The translations under genes and the position numbers were made by a program. The notes under the pieces were generated by a model. That model saw only the letters and a list, made by a program, of their open reading frames with translations, was not told the origin of the DNA and ran no database searches. From assembly GCF_006345805.1 (NCBI RefSeq), contig NC_043005.1, forward strand, positions 23,498,001 through 23,562,000: 64,000 nucleotides of DNA, written 5' to 3'. This DNA is from Octopus sinensis. Taxonomy: Eukaryota. Each line of letters begins with the position of its first letter. Position 1 is the first letter of the stretch. Below are positions 11,652 to 23,777 of this stretch, in pieces.

Positions 11652-13700
11652 AGTGCTTCACCATAGGTCAGCTACCATTATCTTGGCCTATGCCCTTCAA
11701 CTGGGGCTACCGGGGGGGGGGGGCAGAAAGACCGATTCTATGACACCCTATTGCAGACTACCTCGTTGACAAATGACAGGGTCCTTCTCTTTGTGGCTGG
11801 TGACTTCAATGGACATGTTGGTCGACATGTCGGGGGCTTCCATGGCATACATGGAGGCTATAGTTTTGGTTCTCGCAATGAAGAGGGAACCAGGTTGTGG
11901 GAGTTCTGCGATGCAAATGATCTTATGGGTTGCAATACCAACTTCAGGAAACCCGCCTACCATTCTGGTAGACAAACTAGCCAAATTGACTACATCCTCG
12001 CCAGAAAAAGGGAAAGAGGGCTGCTTATAAATGCCAAAACCTTCCCAGGCAAAGAATGTACCCTTCAGCATAGATTAGTAGTTAGCGACTTCAGGATCAG
12101 GGCTAAATGGATGCCCAGAAGATCCTGCAAATGGACAGAGATTTAGAGACGTATTACTCGAAGCCTTCGATGAAATAGAAGAGGATATAGCATCACATAA
12201 TGTGGAAGACAACTGGAGGTTTCTAAGGGACAACCTGCTGAGAGCCACTGACCAGATCTGTGGATGGTGCAAAGTCCCATCTCGACCCAAGGTAACGTGG
12301 TAGTGGAACAATGTGGTTGACAGGGCTATTAGACAAAAGAAACAGGCTTGGAGGGACTGGAAGAACGGAAGTAGCAGGGAGTTGTATCAGACTGTCAGAA
12401 GGGAAGCTAGGAGACAGGTTTATTTAGCCCGAGGGGAGGCAGATAAGAAAAAATTTGCCAATGTTCTGCGCCGTGAGGACCAAAGACTTGAAGTATTTCA
12501 TGTTGCAAGACAGTGTGTGGGAGAGAATCGTGATGTCATAGGAGAGAAATGTGTCCGTATGGATGATGGTTCACTTGCACTAAACGAGGCTGTAAAGAGA
12601 GAGGTTTGGAGACACCACTATGAAAGGTCGCTCAATAAAGAGAATGAATGGGAGAAAGAAAGTTTGCCAAATGTCGACCCAACAGAGGGACCAGTTATCC
12701 GAATTAATAGTACCTTGGTAGATAAAGCAATCAAGAGTATGAAGGCAGGGAAAGCCTCCAGCCCATCAGGAATCACTGCAGAGATGCTCAAAATATCTGG
12801 CAGTGTCAGCTATAGCCTAGTCACCCGTATAGTTAACCAGGTGATGCACAAAGGAGTCATACCCAATGACTGGTGTAGCAACACCATAGTCAACTGCTAC
12901 AAAGGTAAAGGTGACGCCTTAGATACAAATAATTACAGAGGTATCAAGTTGCTGGATCAAGTAATGAAGATCATGGTGAGGGTCATAGCCCAACTAATTG
13001 GAGACAAAATCAGTTTAGATGAGATGCAGTTTGGGTTTGTGCCAGGGAAAAGCATCACTGATGCGATATTCCTGGTAATACAGCTGCAGGAGAAATACTT
13101 ATTGAAAGATAAACCTCTGTACCTGGCTTTCGTTGACATGGAGAAATCCTTTGACAGGGTCCCCCAATACCATATCTGGTGGTCAATGAGGAAATTAGGG
13201 ATAGATGAATGGTTAGCTGTGCAAGTCATGTACAGGGACACCGTTAGTAAGGTGAGGGTTGGCAATGAGTACAGTGAAGAATTCTGGGTAGAGTTAGGGG
13301 TCCACCAAGGTTCAGTCCTCAGCCCTTTCCTATTTATTATAGTTCTCCAGGCAAAAATAGAGGAATTCAAGACAGGATGCTCCTGGGAGCTCCTCTATGC
13401 TGATGACCTTGCTCTAATTGCTGAGTCACTATCAGAACTGGAGGAGAAGTTCAGGTGTGGAAGCAAGGATTAGAATCGAAGGGCCTTAGAGTCAACCTAG
13501 CTAAAACCAAAGACTTAATAAGTAGGAAGGTAGACAAACCACAAACACCTTCAGGTAGATGGCCCTGCTTGATCTGTAGAAAAGGCGTAGGTAGAAACTC
13601 TATAAGATGTACCCAGTGTAAACTATGGACACATAAAAGGTGCAGCAATGCCAAAGGAAGGCTAACTAGGAAGATAGTTTTTGTATGTGGCAGATGTCAC
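11652..13700 (+). mobile_element. RTE-clade LINE ORF2: APE C-terminal part, RT (YADD at 13396) and C4HC3 PHD-like finger; 3' end lost at the Gypsy junction
   Basis: VAGDFNGHVG, SQIDYIL, QHRLVV, NYRGIKLL, QFGFVPG, FVDMEKSFDRV, HQGSVLSP, YADD. Several frameshifts. Confidence 0.93.
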
Positions 13701-15668
13701 ATGTGGGCCTCAAGCTATGGAGAGACAAGGCTGGCGCGTTGGTGTCCTGTGATGCACACTGTGTGTTTGGGGGTTTTACCCAAACTTCTTCCCCGACCTG
13801 CATGAAAGCATGCTCTTCCTCTGCACCGGGTCGCATTGATGCAGTACATAGATGCCTCCACTCGTACCTGAATATTGCCCTGTGTGGCACCGACTCCTCA
13901 GCCTGTCCTGACCTGGGCGACATATTGCACCAAAATACGGCCTCGATTGGTGAAATGTGGCCCCTCTCTGCCATGGTCTCGATGGTACGATGATGCCTTT
14001 CCACCACCCCATTTCCACTTAGCCGGTATACTGTCTTGAAGAAGCGGTTGACCTGCCACCCATCAAGCATTTCTTTCAGCACCTCTGAGTGAAATGCAGT
14101 GCCATTATCCAGAAGCAGTTCATCTACGGGGCCTCGTTCCAGGAATATCTCATTTAATACTTTCATGATTTCCTCTGTGGTCCCCGTCTTCATCTCCCTC
14201 CATATGGCCAACCACCCCGGTCCACAGTCAACCATTGAGAGGTATGTCCCCTGCCAGTAGTGTGTTATGTCCACCGCCAGTCGTTTCCAGTCATGGTCCA
14301 CTGGAATACTTCTTGCCTCATGTATGTCTGGAGCAGGGTCGATGGACTGGCACCTGTCACAGCTGCTAACCACTCTCTGCCTGATCCGTCTTGTTACATC
14401 GAAGTCAACTTTCCTGGCTAGGAACAAGGTCCTGTCCACCCTCATGTGATGCATGGTATGCAATCTCCTCAACTCCAGGTCACTCAGATGGCATACTGCA
14501 GTCACAGCCTGCTCCGCATCCTTTGGCACCTGCAACTAGGCTCACTTTACCCTGCTCAGGACGTCTGCCCTGTACTTCTCAGAAGGCACAAAGATCACGC
14601 TCAGCTTCAGATTGAACTCAGTGGTTAGTTCACACAGTATCCCCAATCGACGCTTTACCAGCATCTCTGTGGCCTCATTGGTGATGACTGCCGTCACCCA
14701 ACCAAGTACAGTGGCTGAATCAGTCCTTATTTCTATGGTGTGCAGCCCCCACTTCAAGGCTAGGTTCACTCTCTTCAACACGGCATCCAACTCCACCACA
14801 TTGATATGATTGCAGTCATCTGTCTTCCTGAGCCAGGCTGCATCTTCCACCATGACACCTCCCACTTCCAAGACAACCCCTATTGCGATGCTACTGGCGT
14901 CACACCATACAATCCCACTCTTTGATTTGGGAACACACCAACTGCCCCTCACTGGATCCTCTGCTCTCACTCTGACCAAGACTTCCTGTATCATGTCGGT
15001 CATCTTCTCCCCCACTCTATCGTTCCACTTCACTCCTTTGGCTCGTCTCCTGATGAAGCTACATGCTGTCCAGAGCCATCCTGCAATCGGGTAGTGTCCC
15101 ACCAGCTTCCCACACACTGAGAACAGTTCCCGTCTACTCATGCTGGCATCCAGTTCGGGGATCTCGTCCCTTGCCGGAACACCAACATGCCGGCCTTGTC
15201 TCTCCATAGCCTGAGGCCCAGTGCAGCACCTCCTTCCATTGCCTCTGGTGGCTTGGCGATCAGTCCCAAACTCTTCAGGTGGCCTATGACCTCCGTTGCT
15301 GGCATTACGGTTTCATCCACCAGAATGTCATCAATGTACGAATTGGTGGCCTTTTTTACTCAGTCCACCTTTCCCAGGATGGCCTTGAGAATTGTTGCCA
15401 TAATCTTTGGCGCTGAATTCAGCCTGAACCCCAACATGGTCAGACAGTATATCCGGCCCTTATACCTGACAAGCTTATACTTCTACAGTTTCTCAGCCAC
15501 ATGCTCTTGCAGGTATGCTGACTTCAAATCGACGATCATGGAGGCTCCTGTCATCTGTCTCCACTCTCGCAAGGTGTCTCCGCAGACATCTGTGGCCTCA
15601 CTGCCTGTATGACATGATACGTGGTCGTTCATCTCTCGGAAGTCAAGCACTGGCCTGACCTTATGCTT

Positions 15669-16218
15669 TGTAAAGGGAACTGGTTGCTTCTTTACACTTT
15701 TGGGGTGCAACTTGGGTGCAACACAATTTCCTTTCTTTTCGTTTCTAGAAACTACCAGTCGGTAACAAAACGTAACTTTAAAAATATATACGATTCTTTA
15801 TTCTCTTATTCACAAATGAAGCATGATGGTATACTGGTATATACTTAGTTCAACACAGCAAGGCTGAATTTTAACGTTTGTAAGATTCTTACAACAAATT
15901 CAGCAGCAACAGAGCAGGTCAAATCCTTAGCGTCTGGGACAGGAGAATAGGCTGATCACACGTTTAAAAATACGTCCTTTCGCTTCTATCGCCATGTCTC
16001 AAGTCAACGACGCTATTAAGGAAGGCGATAGAATTTCTTCCCCAGTGTCTAGCACATGTGCATGAGGGAACTTCCTTATGCCTTTCCAGAAGGTTCCAAC
16101 CCCGCACACGCACACCGAAGAAAGACGTTCCGCACACGCACACTGAAGAATACGTACCGCACACGCACACTGAAGAATGACGTTGCGTGTGCGCGCACTG
16201 GAATATGACGTCACTACA
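15669..16218 (-). repeat. 3' LTR of the nested element (550 bp)
   Basis: Direct repeat of 20967-21486, with three approximately 28-bp U3 repeat units. Confidence 0.96.
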
Positions 16219-16539
16219 AAGGCTCCCCCTCGAGTGCGGAAGCACGAAACAAAATTCCTTGTAGTGGCTTCAGAATATAAGGTGGATACCAAATCACCAA
16301 AATGGCACACAATATGACAAATTAAAACAAAAATTTATAATATAAATAAGAATGCAGTAAAAAGAAAAGAAAAAATAATACTCAAATGAACAAAGTTCAA
16401 TTAGTATCGTAACTGTCACTGGGAAGTCAATTAAGAATGTCAATATAAATCGTCTTTGAAAGTTTCTTCGGCCAGTGAACAGTTCTGCCTGACCTTGTAA
16501 CATAAGGTCTGTTCGAGGCGGGCTGCGACGACGAAGGTG

Positions 16540-16665
16540 GTGTTGCCGATGTTGGTGTTGATAAAGGTGCATGTATAAATGGTGGTGTTGTCAAAGGTGC
16601 ATGTGTAAATGGTGGTGTTGTCAAAGGTGCATGTGTAAATGGTGGTGTTGTCAAAGGTGCATGTG
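16540..16665 (-). repeat. 30-bp coding minisatellite (HAPLTTPPFT x about 4) in the integrase C-terminal tail
   Basis: aaaggtgcatgtgtaaatggtggtgttgtc repeated. Confidence 0.9.
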
Positions 16666-19600
16666 AAGGTTCAACGATGGTTGTGGCAGTGGGGTCATCA
16701 AAAGATGTGGACACCACAAAATATGCCCTTTTAAGACGATCTACGGAGACGGTCTCCGAACGACCATCAATGTCAAGTTTGAATACTTTCTCCTTATAAA
16801 GGTCCTTTATAAGGAGAAACAAGAGGTCCTTTGACAGAATCATCACGAACAAAAACATGCATCCAAGAATCAAGATCTGATGGTACATTAGAAGGAGGAT
16901 TTTGGTGTCGAGGGCCCATAGGAGGAAGGGCAGAAAAATATCTGCGTAGTCGAGCAACATAAGACTCTAAATGAAGAGACTGTGACTTGTCTGGCACCAA
17001 CATTGTGCCAGGCAATGCCAGTGTGGTACCATACAAGAGCTCGGCAGAAGAAAAACCAAGGTCTGCTTTAATCGCAGTCCGACATCCAAGCAGGACGATA
17101 GGAAGAAATTCAGTCCACGACTGTGGATTCGGCGAGGCACGCAACGCGGCCTTAAGTTGCCTGTGGAAACGCTCCACCATCCCATTAGAAGCGGGATGGT
17201 AACTAGTGGTGCGTATATGATGCATCCCCAGGATTCGTGATAACTCACGAAATAAAACCGCTTCGAATTGTCGACCACGATCTGTGGTTAAACTGGACGG
17301 TACACCATACCCAGAAATCCAATTAGACACGAAAGCTTTCGCAACAGTTTCAGCAGAAATGTCTGCCATAGGAATAGCTTCCGGCCAACGTGAGAAACGA
17401 TCGATACAAGTTAAAATATATGAGAAGCCGCGACTCATAGGCCATGGTCCAACCAAATCAAGGTGGACATGGCGAAAACGGGCCTCAGGAGAAGAAAACT
17501 GTCCAAGTGGAGCACGAACGTGTCTATGGACTTTAGCACTCTGGCACTTCAAACAAGAGCGTGCCCAAGAGGTAATCGATCGTCGCATATTGGGCCAGAA
17601 GAACCGAGCAGTAACAAGCTTTAATGTGGCAGAGATACCCGGATGTGACAATGAATGAAGAGCATCAAAAACAGAACGTTGATGCTTCTCAGGTACTAAC
17701 GGTCTAGGAGAACCGGTGGAGACGTCACAAAGAATAGAGCCTTCTGCTGAAGGGAGCGGTCGGTAGGCAAACTTACAATTGATAAACTTGGGCGAAGTTA
17801 AATCCAACTCCGTTAAAGGTGGTTGATCCTGCGAAATAGCAGTTAAGTCAATTGCTGCAGGAGAGGAAATGGAATTGACAGGGAGTCTAGAGAGAGCATC
17901 AGCTGGGACGTTCTCCTTCCCTGGCACATGTCGAATGTCACTTGTAAACTGAGAAATATAGTCCAGGTGACGGAAAGCACGAGGGGAGAGTTTATCCATT
18001 TTAGAAGATAGTGCAAAAGTAAGGGGCTCGTGATCAGTATAAATCACAAACTCTCGTCCCTCGAGCTGGTGCTGAAAATGCCGAACTGACAGATAGATCG
18101 CTAGTAACTCTCGATCAAAAGTACTATATCTGCGTTCAGTAGGCTTCAGCTGGCAAGAAAAGAAAGCCAAAGGTTTAGTTTCACCATCTACGGTGTGCTG
18201 CAAGACAGCGCCAACTGCAGAATCTGATGCGTCCACAGATAAAGTAAGTGGAGCATCAGGAGCCGGATGTGCTAGAACAGGAACTGAAGCTAGTTCCTTT
18301 TTAACTAACTCAAAGGCAGACAGTGTTTCAGCTGAAAGAGTAAGACGGGCGTCCTTTTAGAATTGCCCTTTAGCATCTGCGTTAAAGGAAACAACTTGTC
18401 CGCACACCGGTTTATGAAGCGTCGATAGAAATTAACTATACCCAAAAAATGGCGAAGTTGACGCAAAGAAGAAGGTGGTGCGATGCGCTGAATTGCATCG
18501 ACTTTAGACGAGAGTGGTTTGATTCCACTCGAATCAATATAATGACCGAGAAAATCAAGAGATGATTGCCCAAAAAACACACTTGTCTGGATTAATGCAA
18601 ACACCATAGTCGCGAAGACGCTGAAAAAGCTGAGACAAGTGCTGGAGATGATTTTCATGCGTATCACTTCTGATGAGAATATCATCGACATACGCGAAAA
18701 CGAAGTCCACGAACAACTTCATCTATAAAACGTTGGAACGTACTAGTGGCGTTCCGCAAACCAAAACTCATGTATAGAAATTCGAAACAACCAAAAGGAG
18801 TGGTAATTGCCGTTTTAGGAACATCGTCTGGGTTGACCGGTATTTGATGATAAGCACGTATGAGGTCAACCTTAGAAAAAATGGTACAGCCATGAAGATT
18901 CGCTGAAAAGTCATTGAGATTCCTAATTGGATATCTGTCCGGAATCGTCACAGAATTTAGACGCCGATAATCTCCCACCGGGCGAAAATCTGTATCCCCT
19001 TTTCGAACTAAATGAAGGGGTGATGCCCATGGACTGGTGGATGGGCGTATCAGACCAAGCTGGAGCATATGCTCAAACTCAGCCCTAGCCGTTTTAAGAC
19101 GGTCAGGTGCAAGACGCCGTGGGCGCGAAAAAACAGGCGGCCCAGTAGTTATAATAAAATGGAGTGTCGAGTGTACGGGTTTTACCATTTTAAAGGTAAT
19201 ATCAAGTAGCTCTGGAAAAGAAGCCAAAAGAGAATGAAAAACATCTCCATATGTAGAAACAAAAAATGTCGGGCTAAGAGCTGAATCGGTAGATTCTCTG
19301 GTCGGCGTGGAGAGTGTAGTTGAACTGTCGACTAGCCTCCGACGTCTGACATCTACCAATAGATCAAAGTTATTTAGAAAATCCGCACCTAAAATAGGAT
19401 GCGGAATGTCAGCAATGACAAAAACCCACTGAAAATCTCGACGAAGATTTATGTCAAGGCGTAAAGAGATCTGACCGAATGTGGCTATTGGTGACGAGCC
19501 AATAGCGTGCAAAATAACATTAGATCGTTTTGGCCTGTCGGTTGTGAGACGCAGAGGCCAAATGCTGCAACAAGAACCAGTGTCCACCATGAAGTATTTC

Positions 19601-20966
19601 TTCGACACTAGATCCTTAACGAAAAATGCACGATAACTAGAAAACGACGTGGAGGAAGTTGACGTGCTCAACTCCTCCAAAGCTTTAAATCTTTTATAGG
19701 TGCATGGCTGTATGCACTTATGTGCTTTCTCTCCAAATTTGGAGTGATACCAACATAGTCCGGACTTTGACTGTGTGGAACGTGATGATGAACGGCTGCG
19801 ACTCCGCGATCTTGAAAATCGTTTGCCATCGCGACACATCGCGTCCATCCTTTTGGTGAGACTTTCTATTTGTTTAGAAAGTCCCTCAATTGAGGCTGAA
19901 GAAGTTTGTGAGCAGACACAAGCAGACCGTGACGATGGTTGCACGGCAAATTCAACCATTTTATCTGCCATAGTTGCTATCTGGACCACGGTATTGGACT
20001 CTAAAGCGGTTGCCAAAATAGTTTGTATATAGGCGGGCAACATTGAAAAAAAATTTTCCGAAGGAGAGGAGCGTCTGCAGCTTTACCGCTCAACTCTCTT
20101 AGGTGTCTCAAAAATTCAGACGGAGTCCTATCTCCCAACTCCTCATCCGCCATCAATTCATTGAAGCGACTTTCCTCGCTTCTAGTATTTCTTTTCTCCA
20201 CTTCTAATTTAACAGACGCATAAGTGGCATCTGGAGAAGGATCCGTAATAAGATATCTGGCAGTAGTTGCAAGTTGAGGAGGCATACAACTACAAAGAAT
20301 TTGCAACTGCTGCTCAGAAGAAACACTATGTGCACAAAAATATGCCTCTAGTTGTGCAAACCAAAGTGTGGCATCACCTGTGAAAATAGGTAATGATGCC
20401 AAAGACATGTTGTTCTTTTTTTTAAAATTTAACTAGATGACTCTGTCAAAGGAAAGGTAAATGACAACGAATCAAAGTTGAACAGACGCAACAAGGAAAA
20501 AACAAGACCAGCAATTGAACCAATAGATTTTCTACATGTACAATTTACCAAAAAAATGTTTTTTTTTCTTTTTTGTACTGTATGCACAGAGAATAAAAAA
20601 TTCTTTTTTTAAATTTTACCAACATTCATCGCGTCTAAAACAAATTTTTTATTTTTTTTCCGTGCGTGTGTGCTAACATGAAAAATTTTTTTTTTTTTAA
20701 TGTTATGTATTTTAAACTGTCTCTTCTTAAGTTTGACTGCCTGTTATGCTTGGTGCACAGATCGCACTAACAGCTTAAGTTAAATTTTTTTTTTCGTCGA
20801 CGATGAAATGGGTGACAAATTGTTGAAAGATGATGACTGCGGCGGGTTGATTGGTTCAGACTAGGTAGATTCTAGATTTCAGTTAAGTGTTCTATGGTCT
20901 ATGACCAGAACTCGGGAAACTTGGTTGAGTGTTCTATGGTCTATGACCAGAACTCGGGGTCACCAC

Positions 20967-21486
20967 TGTAAAGGGAACTGGTTGCTTCTTTACACTTTTG
21001 GGGTGCAACTTGGGTGCAATACAATTTCCTTTCTTTTTGTTTCTAGAAACTACCAGTCGGTAACAAAACGCAACTTTAAAAATATATACGATTCTTTATT
21101 CTCTTATTCACAAATGAAGCATGATGGTATACTGGTATATACTTAGTTCAACACAGCAAGGCTGAATTTTAACGTTTGTAAGATTCTTACAACAAATTCA
21201 GCAGCAACAGAGCAGGTCAAATCCTTAGCGTCTGGGACAGGAGAATAGGCTGATCACACGTTTAAAAATACGTCCTTTCGCTTCTATCGCCATGTCTCAA
21301 GTCAACGGCGCTATTAAAGAACGCGATAGAATTTCTTCCCCAGTCTCTAGCGCATGTGCATGAGGGAACTTCCTTATGCCTTTCCAGAAGGTTCCAACCC
21401 CGCACACGCACACTGAAGGACGTCCCACACACGCACACCGAAGAATGACGTTGCGTGTGCGCACACTGGAATATGACGTCACTACA
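20967..21486 (-). repeat. 5' LTR of the nested element (520 bp)
   Basis: Followed on the minus strand by the PBS. Two U3 repeat units. Confidence 0.96.
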
Positions 21487-22960
21487 GCTTTGTGGGCTGT
21501 ACCACCGCCATCAATGGCAAGACTCCGCTCTCTTCTTCTTCTTCTTCCCAAGGGATCAATATGCCCTTTTTAATCAACCGCTCCACCTCCCCCTCGAACT
21601 CACTTCTGGCATCTCCTTTTAGAGTATGCTGATAGCAGCCCACTTTATTTTTTAACGTCGGGGTCTCTCCCTTCCAGTGCCACTCCACTGTCCACCTCTG
21701 GCCATCGAAGATAGCCTGAAAGTCCTGGTCTTCGATAGCATGTGCAACATAATTTTCCTCACGGCTCTCACCAGTGCATGGTCTCACCATATACGGTTTC
21801 CCCGCAAACCCGAACGTTACACCGGCCTCGTTAACGGTGACACCTCCTAAACGGGTGATTGCATCCATCCCCATCTCCACGTCAATCTCGTCCACCAAGT
21901 GGCCAACTACAATTGCTCGCAGCGTCAGCCTTATTCCCCGCACCACAATCTGCGCATCTGTTATGCCTTCACAGTGTACTTCTCTTCTGTCGACTGGTCT
22001 TATACTGCTTTCTCCACTCCACGTGTCTACCACTTCTGGAGTCATCAGGGTTGTCGTACAGCCCGTGTCAACAAGGGCTCGCGACATCTTCCCCGCACCC
22101 GAATGTTGACTACAGGTAATGACGATAAACGCACCTCTATTGATCCAAAGGGACAACCACTGGCGCAGTAGTCTACCTCAGACCGTTTCGCCGCAGACAT
22201 TCGCTGGCTATGTCCCATTTCTCAACACCGGTAGCAAATGACCTCAGGCTTGGGTGACTTGCAGTCTTGTACCATGTGCGGGCCCTGACACCGGAAACAC
22301 TGTCCTTTAAATGGTCGCACACGTTCTTTCTTTGACCCCTCTCCGCTGCTCCTTGCTCGGCCACTTTTCGTTGTTGCAGTCGCTGCTACCGACATCGTTC
22401 TGCAGCACGAAACTAGCATGCGAGCCCGAGATACAATGTCTGCCATCGCCATCGAGTGAATATTCGGCAGCTTCTGCAACTCGACCGACATGTGGTCCAG
22501 CGATTCTCCCTCAAATCCCGCCAGTTTAGCCAATCTTCTAAGTTCGTTCGCAAATACGTTAACCTGTTTCCCAGTACGTACATACATACATACATACATA
22601 CGTACGTACGTACGTATGTATGTATGTACGTATGTACGTAGGTGCGTACGTATGTACGTAGGTACGTACGTACGTATGTACGAGCAGATGGAGATAGGCA
22701 CTGGAAAGAAAAAGAAAAAAAGGAAAAAGACAGAACTGTAATTTTAACCGAGGAATCCCAAAAGACTTTTCGAAAAATGTTAAAAGCAGTAAATTAACCG
22801 AGTGTGGATTTGAACATTTTGTAAAGACAGTACGGCACCCTACCCACCCTAAAAAAAGAAAGAAGCAATGGGCTGGGTGGTTCTTTGACATGTTCGCTTG
22901 GCAGTTGAGATATTCCCATTTACAAGGGCGAAATAACTTATATAAAGACACACACTCCAC

Positions 22961-22995
<35 letters not shown>

Positions 22996-23131
22996 AGAGA
23001 AGGGGGAGATAGATAGATGGATAGAGAAAGAGAGACAGAGAGAAAGAGAGAAGGAGAGCTTCCAGCTCATTAATATACCCCGATAGGCATAGTTAATAAT
23101 TGGAACATAGGAATAAGGAAAACAAGCTTAC

Positions 23132-23340
23132 TGACCGAGGAGAGGAAACATTCTTCATTTTTTCTCGTTCGACGTTAATATCTGTATGCGGATCTTTTCA
23201 ATGTCAGTCGGAAAAGATCCTTTTTTTGCTCTGTTCTGCTCTGCAAGACAGACTAGGAAATCTAAAATGGAGTTCTCAACTCCTGCAATCAAACTTGTTT
23301 TGTTGACATTTGGCTTCTATGGCAACTGTTGTTAACGAGA
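23132..23340 (-). promoter_or_regulatory. Candidate non-coding first exon and promoter of the UBE2U-like gene, with an RFX X-box-like motif (23313-23326)
   Basis: Donor TCA|gtaagc at 23131. GCTTCTATGGCAAC resembles GTTGCCATGGCAAC. CpG-retaining unique sequence flanked by (GA)n tracts. The link to UBE2U is inferred. Confidence 0.35.
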
Positions 23341-23390
23341 GAGTGTGTCAAAGCGAGATAGATAGATAAAAAGAGAGAGAGAGAGAGAGA

Positions 23391-23447
<57 letters not shown>

Positions 23448-23777
23448 TTCTTCCCCTTCTCGTTGACTAGCCGAAAGAGAAACAACTAAATTTGTTGAAA
23501 CGTTAGCCACCCAAGACACGCATCGAAATTAATATCAAACTACTTATATACGGAGCGTGTTTGATTAACGAATGGTGAAAGTAATTCAGAAAATATTATA
23601 GAGCTGTGCGGTTAACAAGTTCGTTATCGCAAGCATGTGAATCCGTATTCGATTTCACTGGACGGCAAATTCAGCAATATGAATACAATTTGGTCGACAG
23701 AAAATACGCAGAAGCCCATTACACACACACACACACAGCATACATCTCTTTCTCTCTCTCAGTGATATGTATGTTTG

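Larger units (their letters stand above)
15669..21486 (-). mobile_element. Structurally complete CsRn1-clade Ty3/Gypsy LTR retrotransposon, 5818 bp, ORF broken by frameshifts
   Basis: TG..CA LTRs at 20967-21486 and 15669-16218. GCTT TSD at 15665-15668 and 21487-21490. PBS TGGTGACCCCGA, PPT GAGGGGGAG. Gag CWYH-x9-C-x3-C, DTGS protease, [17 protein letters not shown] RNase H, DDE integrase. Confidence 0.96.
13747..22570 (-). mobile_element. Outer Gypsy-like LTR retrotransposon body (gag with CCHC, PR, RT, RNase H, IN), no LTRs found, split by the nested element at 15669-21486
   Basis: CFRCQGPHMVQDC, ALVDTGC, YIDD, WCDAS, HINVVEL, integrase HHCC plus VDITH/LDNG/VERHH. The RT reads QPTK|HKVRP across the insertion. 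Confidence 0.9.

Noticed and set aside
16100-16190. CRISPR-like repeat array
   Set aside because: Short U3 tandem repeats of an LTR without spacers, in a eukaryotic context.
22570-22960. 5' LTR of the outer Gypsy element
   Set aside because: No TG..CA repeat, PBS or matching 3' LTR found at either end.
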